Source: Alphaproteobacteria bacterium
Lineage (GTDB): Bacteria; Pseudomonadota; Alphaproteobacteria; UBA6615
NCBI GenBank assembly: GCA_965261975.1
Contig: CBDHEC010000057.1
Span: 96,001 to 160,000 of the forward strand
DNA: 64,000 nucleotides
Direction of reading: 5' to 3'
Under the pieces are notes generated by a model, which saw only the letters and a program-made list of their open reading frames with translations, made no database searches and had not been told where the DNA came from. Of the stretch, positions 10,180 to 19,600 are shown in pieces. The position numbers and the translations under genes were made by a program. Position 1 is the first letter of the stretch. Each line of letters begins with the position of its first letter.

Positions 10180-10209
10180 TTGACCGGTTTTCTAATATAC
10201 GAATACACT
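10180..10209 (+). promoter_or_regulatory. Putative sigma70 promoter (TTGACC-N18-TACACT) overlapping a TTTC-N8-GAAT operator-like site
   Basis: Hexamers visible in the 45-bp divergent gap between tusA and the ArsR gene. Confidence 0.5.
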
Positions 10210-10215
10210 AATCCG

Positions 10216-10578
10216 ATGGACTCCAGAATGGACCCGCCTATGGATCCCTCGGCACTTCAGGAAAAGGCAGGGCAGGCAAGCCGCCTGCTCAAGTCGCTGG
10301 CAAACGAGCGCCGGCTGCTGATCATGTGCTATTTGAGCCAGGGTGAAAAGTCCGTCGGTGAACTCGAGCCGCTGGTCGGGTTGAGCCAGTCCGCCCTCTC
10401 CCAGCATCTCGCACGGCTGCGTCGCGAACATCTGGTCAAAACGCGACGGGATGCCCAGACGATCTTCTATTCGATTTCGAGCGAAGAAGCCCAAGCTGTC
10501 CTGGGCACTCTCTATGATATCTACTGTGCCGATGCAGACCCCACCCGGTCGGCCGGCAGCCAGGGAACGAATGCTTGA
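10216..10578 (+). CDS. ArsR/SmtB family regulator, BigR/SqrR (persulfide sensor) type
   Basis: LKSLANERRLLIMC and SQSALSQHLARLR; second Cys in C-terminal IYC. Confidence 0.88.
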   Translation: MDSRMDPPMDPSALQEKAGQASRLLKSLANERRLLIMCYLSQGEKSVGELEPLVGLSQSALSQHLARLRREHLVKTRRDAQTIFYSISSEEAQAVLGTLYDIYCADADPTRSAGSQGTNA

Positions 10579-10919
10579 TGTCTGACACCCCGCCCGCACC
10601 CCAAATCGTCATGCTCTACCCCGGCGAAGTGCGCGAACGTATCGCCGGCGGCAGCGCCTATGTTGTGGATGTGCGCGAACCACATGAGAACGCCCAGATA
10701 CGCATTGCCGGTGCACAGCTGGTCCCACTTTCGAACTTCGATCCATCAAAGATAACGCCGGCCGATGGCCAGGACCTGATCCTGCATTGCCGCATCGGCC
10801 AACGATGCGGCGTTGCGGCAGAGCAGCTCGTCGCTGGCGGACACCCAGGAACCATCTATCGAATGTCCGGCGGTATCCTTGAGTGGATGTCGGCGGACTT
10901 TCCGGTCGAGACCGGCTGA
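10578..10919 (+). CDS. Single-domain rhodanese-like sulfurtransferase
   Basis: VVDVREPHE, HCRIGQR active-site loop and GGILEW. Confidence 0.88.
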   Translation: MSDTPPAPQIVMLYPGEVRERIAGGSAYVVDVREPHENAQIRIAGAQLVPLSNFDPSKITPADGQDLILHCRIGQRCGVAAEQLVAGGHPGTIYRMSGGILEWMSADFPVETG

Positions 10920-10978
10920 TACAGGCCCAAGAATAATAGCCGGGCCGAAAACGGTCCAATCGATCACGTACGGATAAA

Positions 10979-11905
10979 ATGACGATATACCTCCCCATCG
11001 CCGAAATGTCGGTCGACGTTTTCCTCATCCTCCTGATGGGCGGCGGCGTTGGGTTTCTGTCCGGGTTGTTCGGCGTCGGCGGCGGATTTTTGATGACCCC
11101 GCTGCTGATCTTCATCGGCATCACGCCGGCGGTCGCCGTGGCGACCGAGGCCAACCAGATTGTCGCGGCTTCGGTGTCCGGCGTGCTTGCCCATATGCGG
11201 CGTGGAAATGTCGACTTCAAGATGGGTGCCGTCCTGACCGTCGGCGGTTTTGCAGGATCCGCGTTCGGTGTCGGAATATTCACGTTCCTCCGGGAAATCG
11301 GTCAGGTCGACCTGTTGGTCCAGCTCAGCTACGTCCTGTTCCTCGGGATCGTCGGCTTCCTGATGCTGTTCGAAAGCGCCCGGGCGATCTTTCGCATGCG
11401 CGCGGGTACTGCCACGCGCGGCAAACTGCACCAGCACACCTGGCTCCACGGCCTGCCGTTCAAAATGCGCTTCCGCCGTTCGCGGCTCTACATCAGCGCC
11501 CTGCTGCCGCTGGGCATCGGCTTTTTCGTCGGCATCCTCGCGGCCATCATGGGTGTCGGTGGCGGGTTTCTGATGGTCCCCGCGATGATCTATATCCTGG
11601 GCATGCCGACCGCTGTTGTTGTCGGGACATCGCTTTTCCAGATTATCTTCGTCACCGCGAACGTCACCTTCCTCCAAGCGGTCAACAACCAGACCGTCGA
11701 TGTGGTGCTCGCGCTGCTGTTGCTCACCGGCGCCGTGATCGGGGCGCAGTTGGGTACCAAGGTGAGCGGTCGTCTTCGCGGGGAGGAACTTCGCGGTCTG
11801 TTGGCCCTTATGGTGCTCGGGGTCTGCGCCAAGATCGGTTTCGACCTGGTCTCCACGCCGGAAGATATCTACTCGATCAGCGAAACACCCGGGTTCGGCC
11901 TATGA
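10979..11905 (+). CDS. TSUP (TauE/SafE) family membrane transporter
   Basis: Duplicated GVGGGF motifs; MTIYLPIAEMSV N-terminus; multiple TM segments. Confidence 0.92.
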   Translation: MTIYLPIAEMSVDVFLILLMGGGVGFLSGLFGVGGGFLMTPLLIFIGITPAVAVATEANQIVAASVSGVLAHMRRGNVDFKMGAVLTVGGFAGSAFGVGIFTFLREIGQVDLLVQLSYVLFLGIVGFLMLFESARAIFRMRAGTATRGKLHQHTWLHGLPFKMRFRRSRLYISALLPLGIGFFVGILAAIMGVGGGFLMVPAMIYILGMPTAVVVGTSLFQIIFVTANVTFLQAVNNQTVDVVLALLLLTGAVIGAQLGTKVSGRLRGEELRGLLALMVLGVCAKIGFDLVSTPEDIYSISETPGFGL

Positions 11906-12693
11906 GCATGCAACCTCGCCGTTTCCACCCGTTTCGAATATTCGGCTCCTTGCGCGGGGTCGTCGCCATCGCGGCCGCATTGGTCCTGCTGCAAATCCCG
12001 GCGGATGCCGCACGCGACAACGCACTGGCCATCGACCTGAGCCAGGACCTTATCGGCATCAGTACCGGCTTCAAGGGCGCCGACGTCCTCCTGTTCGGAG
12101 CCACGGAAGGCGATGGCGATGTCATCGTGGTGGTGCGTGCACCCGACAGCCAGGTCATTGTCCGCCGCAAGGAACGGGTGGCGGGAATCTGGGTGAATGC
12201 GTCCGAGCTGGTCTTCGACGATGCCCCGGGTTTCTACCATGTCGCCGCCTCGGCGCCCCTCGAAGACCTGCTGCCCGAGCCGATACTCGACGCCAATCAG
12301 ATCGGCACGGACCATATCGCCTTCAACCCGCACTTCCTCACGTCCCTGGACAAGGAAGAGGCATTCCGCGCGGCGCTGATCCGCAACAAACAACGCAGCC
12401 AGCTTTACACAGACGGCCTGCGGGATGTGAGTTTTCGCGGCGGGCTTCTGTTCCGGACCCGGGTCGCTCTCCCAGCGAACGTCCCGACCGGGGACTATGC
12501 AATCACTGTGTATCTGGTGCGCAACGGTGAGATCGCCGACCGCTCGGAATCCCTCCTGCAGGTCCGCAAGGTCGGGATGGAGGCCAAGATCACCGAGTTC
12601 GCTTTCCAGCATGCGCCCCTCTACGGCCTGATCGCCGTCATTATCGCGCTGATTGCCGGCTGGTTCGCCGGCTTCGTGTTCCGTAAGGTTTGA
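11902..12693 (+). CDS. TIGR02186 family membrane protein
   Basis: GFKGADVLLFGA, VRRKERVAGIWVN and LPANVPTG motifs; C-terminal TM; usual partner of this TSUP. Confidence 0.85.
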   Translation: MSMQPRRFHPFRIFGSLRGVVAIAAALVLLQIPADAARDNALAIDLSQDLIGISTGFKGADVLLFGATEGDGDVIVVVRAPDSQVIVRRKERVAGIWVNASELVFDDAPGFYHVAASAPLEDLLPEPILDANQIGTDHIAFNPHFLTSLDKEEAFRAALIRNKQRSQLYTDGLRDVSFRGGLLFRTRVALPANVPTGDYAITVYLVRNGEIADRSESLLQVRKVGMEAKITEFAFQHAPLYGLIAVIIALIAGWFAGFVFRKV

Positions 12694-12698
12694 TCGTC

Positions 12699-13217
12699 AT
12701 GTCCGATTCGCCTACCAGCCCCCAGCCGCCGACAAGCGACAAACCCGCCGAAGAGCGGGCAGCCGTCTTTCTCGTGGTCGTCGACAATTCCCCGGAGATG
12801 CGTGTCGCGCTCCGTTGGGCGAGCCTGCGCGCGCGGCGCACCGGCGGGCGGGTCGGCCTCGTCCGCGTCATACGGGACTCGGATTTTCAGCACTGGGCCG
12901 CGGTCGGCAACCTGATGCAGGCCGAAGCGCGCGAGGAAGCCGAGCAACTGTTGCAGGAGCATGCCGCAGAAGTCTCGCGCTTGTACGAAGGCCCCCCCAT
13001 CCTCTACCTGCGCGGTGGCGAGACCAAATCCGCCATTGTCGAACTGGTCCAGGAAGAAAAGGACATTCGGATACTTGTGCTCGCCGCCTCGACGGGACGA
13101 CGCGGCCCCGGCCCCTTGATCAATCACCTCACCAAAAAGGCGATTGGCCAGCTTCGCATCCCCGTGACGATCATTCCCGGCGGGTTAACCGATGAGCAAA
13201 TCGACACACTGGTCTGA
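12699..13217 (+). CDS. Universal stress protein (UspA-like)
   Basis: FLVVVDNSPEM, ILVLAA, GPGPL and IPVTIIPG motifs. Confidence 0.85.
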   Translation: MSDSPTSPQPPTSDKPAEERAAVFLVVVDNSPEMRVALRWASLRARRTGGRVGLVRVIRDSDFQHWAAVGNLMQAEAREEAEQLLQEHAAEVSRLYEGPPILYLRGGETKSAIVELVQEEKDIRILVLAASTGRRGPGPLINHLTKKAIGQLRIPVTIIPGGLTDEQIDTLV

Positions 13218-13228
13218 GTATTTAACTG

Positions 13229-16177
13229 ATGCCCGACGATATCCGGCCTGACGACCGCTACGAGAAGGTCGACCAATCACCCATCGTCTCGGACGAGGTG
13301 AAGACAACCACCTGTTACATGTGCGCATGCCGCTGCGGCATCAAGGTCCATCTGAAAGAAGGTGCGATCCGCTACATCGAGGGCAACCGCGACCACCCGG
13401 TCAACAAGGGGGTTTTGTGTGCCAAGGGGTCCGCCGGCATCATGCAACACTATTCGCCGGCGCGTCTGTCCCAGCCGCTGCGCCGGGTCGGACCACGCGG
13501 TTCCGGTGAATTCGAAACGATAAGCTGGGAAGAGGCTCTGGACACTGCGACCGAGTGGCTGGGCGACATTCGCCGCCGGGATCCGCGCAAGCTTGCCTTC
13601 TTCACCGGCCGCGATCAAAGCCAGTCTCTGACCGGCTTCTGGGCGAGCCAGTTCGGGACCCCCAATCATGCCGCACATGGCGGGTTCTGCTCGGTCAACA
13701 TGGCCGCAGCCGGCATCTACACGATCGGTGGTTCGTTCTGGGAGTTCGGCGAGCCGGACTGGGAAAACACCAAATATTTCATGATGTTCGGGGTCGCTGA
13801 AGATCATGATTCAAACCCGATCAAAGCGGGGCTGGGTAAGCTTAAGACCAAGGGCGACGCAAAGTTCGTCTCAGTCAATCCGGTCCGCACCGGGTACTCC
13901 GCAATCGCCGACGAATGGGTCGGTGTCCGGCCGGGTACCGACGGATTGCTGGTCATGGCGCTCATCCACGAGCTGGTCCGCACCGGCAACGTCGATCTCG
14001 ATTTCCTGGCGCGCTACACAAATGCGCACTGGCTCGTGCGGCATGCGCCGGGCACGGCGGATCACGGGCTGTTCGTCCGTGGCCGCGACGGCAAGCCGCT
14101 TGCTTACGACCGCAACACCGATCAGCTCGTCGATGCGGGCAGGATCGATATCTCACCGGCGATGCGTGGGCGTTTTCCCCTGCACGAAGCAGCGCCCGGT
14201 GACGGCGGATCGGACGCCGAGGCCGTGCCCGCCTTCCAGCTCTTGCTCGACCGATATCTCGACGCCGCCTACAGCCCCGAGGCGGTCGCCGAGCAGACGG
14301 GTATCGATGCCGAGCGCATTCGCCGGATCGCCGCCGAGCTGGCCCACGCGGCATTCGAACAGGAAATCTCCCTCGACGTGGCGTGGACGGATTGGGCCGG
14401 GCGCAAGCACGACAAAATTATCGGACGCCCGGTCTCGATGCATGCCATGCGCGGTATCTCCGCTCACTCGAACGGCTTCCAGACCTGCCGTGCGATTCAT
14501 CTGCTGCAGATGCTGCTGGGCAGCATCGATTGCCCCGGCGGATTTCGTTACAAACCGCCCTTCCCACGCCCGGCACCGCCCGGCCCCAAACCGGCTGGTA
14601 AACCACATCAGGTATCGCCTGGCGCACCGATGGCGGGGCCGCCTTTGGGGTTTATCACCAGCCCGGAAGATCTGCTGATTGATGATCAGGGCGAAGCGCT
14701 GCGCATCGACAAGGCCTATTCCTGGGACGCCCCGCTGGCTGCCCACGGCATGATGCACATGGTCATCCGGAATGCCTGGGCAGGCGATCCGTACCCGATC
14801 GATGTCCTGTTCATGTTCATGGCGAACATGAGCTGGAACTCGTCGATGAACACCACCGAAACCATCGAGATGCTCACCGACACCGACCCGGAAACCGGTG
14901 AGTACAAGATCCCGAAGATCATCTATTCCGATGCCTTTCAGTCGGAAATGATCGCCTATGCCGACCTGATCCTGCCCGACACGACCTATCTGGAACGCTG
15001 GGACTGCGTCAGCCTTCTCGACCGCCCGATCTGCAGCGCCGACGGGCCTGCCGACGCCATACGCCAACCGGTGGTCACGCCCGATCGCAATGTAAGGCCG
15101 TTCCAGGACGTGCTGATCGATCTGGGTGCCCGGCTCGGCCTTCCAGCCTTCACGACCGACACCGGCACACCGAAATATCCCGGCGGCTATGCCGATTATC
15201 TGGTTCATCACGAACGCGCACCGGGCATCGGCCCGCTGGCCGGCTGGCGAGGCGAGGACGGGTCGTCACACGGCAATGGTGCACCGAATGAAAACCAGCT
15301 TGATCGCTACATCGAGAATGGCTGTTTTTGGAGTGAGGAGTTCGCACCGGACGAGCGCTACTACAAGCACAGCAACCGCGCCTATCTCGACAAGGCCGCG
15401 AAAATGGGGTGGATTGCGGCGGCCGATCCGATTGTATTGCAGCTCTACAGCGAGCCGCTGCAACGCTTCAAACTCGCCGGCCAGGGGTTGGGCAACGTGG
15501 TGCCGCCTGTCAGGTACCGCAACCGCATCGCCGAGACTTTCGACCCTCTCCCTATCTGGTACGCGCCGTTCGAGGAATCGCAAACTGATCCCGAGACTTT
15601 CCCGATCCACGCGCTGACCCAGCGCCCCATGGCGATGTACCACTCCTGGGGATCGCAGAATGCCTGGCTGCGCCAGATCCATGGGTGGAACAAGCTCTAC
15701 ATGAACCGGGAATCTGCGGAAGATCAGGGGCTCCAAGACGGCGACGATGTTCGCGTCGAGAGTCCCTATGGCAGCATCAAGGCCAGGCTCGCGCTCATGG
15801 AGGGCGTCAACGGCAACACGGTCTGGACATGGAATGCGATCGGCAAGAAGCGCGGGGCCTGGAACCTGTCTCCCGATGCGCCGGAATCGAACAAGGGCTT
15901 CTTGCTCAACCACCTCATCACCGACCTGTTGCCGCCGAAAGACGGCTATCGGTTCGGAAACACGGACCCGATCACCGGTCAGGCGGCGTGGTTCGACCTG
16001 CGGGTACGGATCGTCAAGGACGACGGAAGCGACACGACCCTCGCGAATGATCCCTCGGACAACGGCATCGCTCCGCGCGCGCCCGGCGTTAGCGAGGCCG
16101 CGAAGAGGCTGCGGTTCGGCGCACGTTTTCTTCCCGTCTCAAACTGGCGACGGAATCGCGGCGGAGGCGACTCATGA
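13229..16177 (+). CDS. soeA: Sulfite:quinone oxidoreductase molybdopterin subunit
   Basis: CYMCACRC...C Fe-S motif, AFFTGRDQ, HGGFCSVNMAA and MYHSWGSQNAWLRQI; no Tat signal. Confidence 0.88.
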   Translation: MPDDIRPDDRYEKVDQSPIVSDEVKTTTCYMCACRCGIKVHLKEGAIRYIEGNRDHPVNKGVLCAKGSAGIMQHYSPARLSQPLRRVGPRGSGEFETISWEEALDTATEWLGDIRRRDPRKLAFFTGRDQSQSLTGFWASQFGTPNHAAHGGFCSVNMAAAGIYTIGGSFWEFGEPDWENTKYFMMFGVAEDHDSNPIKAGLGKLKTKGDAKFVSVNPVRTGYSAIADEWVGVRPGTDGLLVMALIHELVRTGNVDLDFLARYTNAHWLVRHAPGTADHGLFVRGRDGKPLAYDRNTDQLVDAGRIDISPAMRGRFPLHEAAPGDGGSDAEAVPAFQLLLDRYLDAAYSPEAVAEQTGIDAERIRRIAAELAHAAFEQEISLDVAWTDWAGRKHDKIIGRPVSMHAMRGISAHSNGFQTCRAIHLLQMLLGSIDCPGGFRYKPPFPRPAPPGPKPAGKPHQVSPGAPMAGPPLGFITSPEDLLIDDQGEALRIDKAYSWDAPLAAHGMMHMVIRNAWAGDPYPIDVLFMFMANMSWNSSMNTTETIEMLTDTDPETGEYKIPKIIYSDAFQSEMIAYADLILPDTTYLERWDCVSLLDRPICSADGPADAIRQPVVTPDRNVRPFQDVLIDLGARLGLPAFTTDTGTPKYPGGYADYLVHHERAPGIGPLAGWRGEDGSSHGNGAPNENQLDRYIENGCFWSEEFAPDERYYKHSNRAYLDKAAKMGWIAAADPIVLQLYSEPLQRFKLAGQGLGNVVPPVRYRNRIAETFDPLPIWYAPFEESQTDPETFPIHALTQRPMAMYHSWGSQNAWLRQIHGWNKLYMNRESAEDQGLQDGDDVRVESPYGSIKARLALMEGVNGNTVWTWNAIGKKRGAWNLSPDAPESNKGFLLNHLITDLLPPKDGYRFGNTDPITGQAAWFDLRVRIVKDDGSDTTLANDPSDNGIAPRAPGVSEAAKRLRFGARFLPVSNWRRNRGGGDS

Positions 16178-16923
16178 CCAGCCTTCCCACCAACACCAAC
16201 GGCCGCAAGCTCGGCCTGGTCATCGACCTGGATATCTGCGTCGGATGCCATGCCTGCGCGGTCAACTGCAAGGAATGGAACACCGGCGGACATTCGGCTC
16301 CCTTGACGGATGAAGAGCCTTATGGCGCGGACCCACATGGTGTCTGGTTCAACCGGGTCCACAGCTTCGAGGCGGGAGACGGGGGCAGCGGGCGAACCGT
16401 TCATTTCCCGCGCAGTTGCCTGCATTGCGAAGAACCGGCCTGCGTCACCGTTTGTCCGACCGGCGCCTCCTACAAGCGTGAGGACGACGGCATCGTTCTG
16501 GTCAACGCCGACACGTGTATCGGTTGCAAACTCTGCTCCTGGGCCTGCCCCTATGGCGCGCGCGAGTATGACTACGCCGACGGCGTGATGAAAAAATGCA
16601 CGCTTTGCATCGATCGGATCGAGAACCAGCATCTGCCGCCAGAAGACCGCCTGCCGGCCTGTGTGTCGACCTGTCCGGCCTCCGCGCGGCATTTCGGTGA
16701 TCTCGGGGATCCGAACTCCGACGTCAGCCAACTCGTCGAGGAACGCGGCGGATACGACCTGATGCCCGAAATGGGCATGCAGCCCGTGAACAAGTATCTG
16801 CCGCCGCGCGCATCGACACGCCATGATCTCGAAACACCGGCGCCCGCAGCTGAAAACACTCCGACTTCCACCGACACCGGCAGCGACTTCCTCAATTGGG
16901 TCGATCGAATGCTCTCCCGCTAA
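16174..16923 (+). CDS. soeB: Sulfite:quinone oxidoreductase iron-sulfur subunit
   Basis: Four Cys clusters (CVGCHAC, CLHCEEPAC, CIGCKLC, CTLC); ATGA overlap with soeA. Confidence 0.88.
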   Translation: MTSLPTNTNGRKLGLVIDLDICVGCHACAVNCKEWNTGGHSAPLTDEEPYGADPHGVWFNRVHSFEAGDGGSGRTVHFPRSCLHCEEPACVTVCPTGASYKREDDGIVLVNADTCIGCKLCSWACPYGAREYDYADGVMKKCTLCIDRIENQHLPPEDRLPACVSTCPASARHFGDLGDPNSDVSQLVEERGGYDLMPEMGMQPVNKYLPPRASTRHDLETPAPAAENTPTSTDTGSDFLNWVDRMLSR

Positions 16924-16943
16924 CTCAAGCTTCGCCGAACTCC

Positions 16944-17891
16944 ATGAACCCCGCCTACTCCGTCATTTTCTTCACAACCGCATCGGGCGCCGGCTATGGC
17001 GCCATCGTGTGGCTCGTGCTGCTCGTGTTGCTGGGTATTGTTCCACTGACCCTGGCCCTTGGAGCGTCGGTGATCATTGTTTCGTTGGCCTTGATCACGG
17101 CCGGCTTGCTCTCGTCGACCTTCCATCTGGGCCATCCCGAACGGGCATGGCGCGCGCTCAGCCAGTGGCGATCCTCCTGGCTTTCGCGCGAAGGTGTCGC
17201 TGCCCTGCTGACCTATGTGCCAATTCTGGTCTTTGCCGTGGGCTCGCTATTTTTTGCCGACCATGGACCCGTCTGGATATGGTTCGGGCTGATCGCGGCG
17301 GGCCTGTGCCTTGTTACCGTAGGCTGCACGGGAATGATCTACGCCAGCCTGCGGGCGATCCCGCGCTGGTCGAACCCGTTGGTCGTACCCGTCTATCTTG
17401 CATTCTCCCTGTCCACCGGCGCCGTACTGGTGATCGCCATTTCATCGATATTCTGGGAAACACCCGGCCTTGTTGCCTGGATTACCGCCGTGATTACGCT
17501 TTCGGCCTGGATGCTGAAAATCGTCTATTGGCACCAGATCGATACCGCCAAACCTGTCGCGACGGCGGAATCGGCGACCGGCCTCGGCACGATCGGCAAG
17601 GTCCGGCTGCTGGAGTCGCCGCACAGCAGCGAGAATTATGTGATGCGCGAAATGGGCTACACAATCGCGCGAAAACACGCCGCCCGGCTTCGGAAAATCG
17701 CGCTCGTCATTGGCGGCGTTGCCACCGCACTCGCCCTGTTCATCGCCGGCCTCTTGCCCGCGCCATTGGCGACGGCGGCATCTTTTCTCGCATTGATTTT
17801 CACAACCCTCGGCATTCTGATCGAACGCTGGCTGTTTTTTGCCGAAGCGCAACATGCGGCCGCTCTCTATTACGGCACCTCCGAGGTCTGA
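16944..17891 (+). CDS. soeC: Sulfite:quinone oxidoreductase membrane anchor (DmsC-like)
   Basis: MNPAYSVIFFTT, HLGHPERAWRALSQWRSSWLSRE and ERWLFFAEA motifs. Confidence 0.88.
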   Translation: MNPAYSVIFFTTASGAGYGAIVWLVLLVLLGIVPLTLALGASVIIVSLALITAGLLSSTFHLGHPERAWRALSQWRSSWLSREGVAALLTYVPILVFAVGSLFFADHGPVWIWFGLIAAGLCLVTVGCTGMIYASLRAIPRWSNPLVVPVYLAFSLSTGAVLVIAISSIFWETPGLVAWITAVITLSAWMLKIVYWHQIDTAKPVATAESATGLGTIGKVRLLESPHSSENYVMREMGYTIARKHAARLRKIALVIGGVATALALFIAGLLPAPLATAASFLALIFTTLGILIERWLFFAEAQHAAALYYGTSEV

Positions 17892-17899
17892 GAAGAACC

Positions 17900-18808
17900 A
17901 TGGCTGAGGTCACCTGTGTCGGCATCGCGTTCCTGGATCACGTCTTCGAGGGCGATTTCGATCTGGCAGGGGGCGAACTCTCCTTCGCACAAGATTTCAA
18001 TCAGTATGGTGGCGGTACTGCGGCAACCGCGAGTGTCACAGTCGTTCGGTTGGGCGGTTTTTCGGCCTTCTGAGGACGGCTTGGAGACGACGAGACCGGG
18101 CTGCAGGTGCTCGAAGGCCTCAAGCGGCACGGGGTTCAGACCGAACAGGTTCGTCTCGTGCCCGGCGCGCAATCACCTGTCTCCTCTATCCTCATAGACG
18201 CCACCGGTGAGAGACACGAAACGATCTTTGGCGGGCGCGGCCTGGATACCGATGCGAGCTGGCTTCCATTCGGCAGGATCGAGGACACAAGTGCCATTCT
18301 GGTCGATCCTCGCTGGCCCGAAGCTGCGATCCCCGCACTTCAGAATGCCTACGACCACCGAATTCCCGCAATCCTGGACGGCGAAGCCGGCCCCAACCCG
18401 GTGCCCCGCGAGCTGATCGAGATGGCCAGCCATGTTGTCTTCTCCTATGCCGGTTTACTCCAGCATTCGGGCACAACAGACGTAAGGGCCGGTCTAGAGG
18501 CCGCCGCCTCGACGACCGAAGCCCGTGTTGGCGTCACCGCCGGCTGGAACGGGTTCAGCTGGCTCGACGAGGATGGCCAGTTGCAAACCACCCCTGCGCT
18601 TGACCTGCCGGTCGTGGATAAACTCGGCGCCCGGGATGTGTTTCTCGGGGCGCTCGCGCTGGCTGTCGGCGAGGAGAAAAGCCTGGATTTGGCGGCACGG
18701 TTTGCCATTGCCGCAGCGGGTCTTAAATGTTCGAAACCCGGCGGCCGCGGCGCCATTCCATGTCGCGCCGAAATCTGGGATCTGCTGGGCGACGTTGAAG
18801 CCGATTAA
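17900..18808 (+). pseudogene. PfkB family sugar kinase (sulfofructose kinase YihV-like) interrupted by an in-frame TGA at 18071-18073
   Basis: GGGTAATA...RLGG.SAF*GRLGDD continues in frame to a PfkB C-terminus; the stop sits where Trp is expected; the GAGD motif reads GARD. Confidence 0.75.
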
Positions 18809-18814
18809 TCGGCG

Positions 18815-19600
18815 CTAGCCGGCAAGCGCCGGCATCCGGATCGGACCTTCTATCGACTGACTGACGAACTGGCGCACATAGGCATTGTCCGTCTCGTCGA
18901 GTTCGGCCACCGGCCCGCGCCACACCACCCGGCCCTCATGCAACATCGCAACATTGTCGGCGATCCTGCGGACAACGGCCAAATCGCTAACGATTGAAAT
19001 CACACTCGCGCCCAGGTCATCGACCCGGTCATTGATCAGGTCGCTGATGATATTGCTCATGATCGGATCGAGCCCCGCCGTCGGCTCGTCGAGGAACAGA
19101 ATTTCGGGATCGGTCGCAATGGCGCGCGCCAGACCGGTGCGTTTCTGCATACCGCCCGAAAGTTCAGACGGCGAGAGATCAGCGGTATCCGCGGGCAAAC
19201 CAACCTGCTTCAGCTTCTCAACCGCGATCGCACGCGCCTCACGCCGCGACGTGCCGCTCTCCTGCAGCAGCCGGAAGGAAACATTCTCCCAAACCGTCAT
19301 GCTGTCGAACAATCCCTGACGCTGGAACAGAACCCCGAACCGCCGCATCCAGTCCATGCGCTGGTTTTCCGGCATGCCGACGGTCTCGGCGCCATCGACT
19401 TCGATGGATCCCGCGTCCGGCGCGACCAGGCCGAGAATGCATTTGAGCAACAGCGATTTTCCGCTGCCCGAACCACCGATCAGAACGAGGGATTGCCTGG
19501 GCTCAAGTTCGATATCCACCGCATCGAGAGCGCGCAGGCCATCGAAGCTGCGCGTCACCCCGGTGAGGCGAATTTTTGGCGTGTCGCCGTTCGCGGTCAC
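18815..19600 (-). CDS. mlaF: ABC transporter ATP-binding protein, MlaF/Ttg2A family
   Basis: GGSGSGKS, LFDSMTVWENV, ELSGGMQKR and DEPTAGLDP motifs. Confidence 0.8.
   Translation of the reverse strand: MTANGDTPKIRLTGVTRSFDGLRALDAVDIELEPRQSLVLIGGSGSGKSLLLKCILGLVAPDAGSIEVDGAETVGMPENQRMDWMRRFGVLFQRQGLFDSMTVWENVSFRLLQESGTSRREARAIAVEKLKQVGLPADTADLSPSELSGGMQKRTGLARAIATDPEILFLDEPTAGLDPIMSNIISDLINDRVDDLGASVISIVSDLAVVRRIADNVAMLHEGRVVWRGPVAELDETDNAYVRQFVSQSIEGPIRMPALAG

Noticed and set aside
13229-17891. DMSO reductase DmsABC assignment
   Set aside because: There is no Tat signal and the motifs match the SoeABC clade.
18071-18073. In-frame TGA as selenocysteine or as a reassigned Trp codon
   Set aside because: The position corresponds to Trp rather than Cys. 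Other genes here end in TGA and use TGG for Trp.
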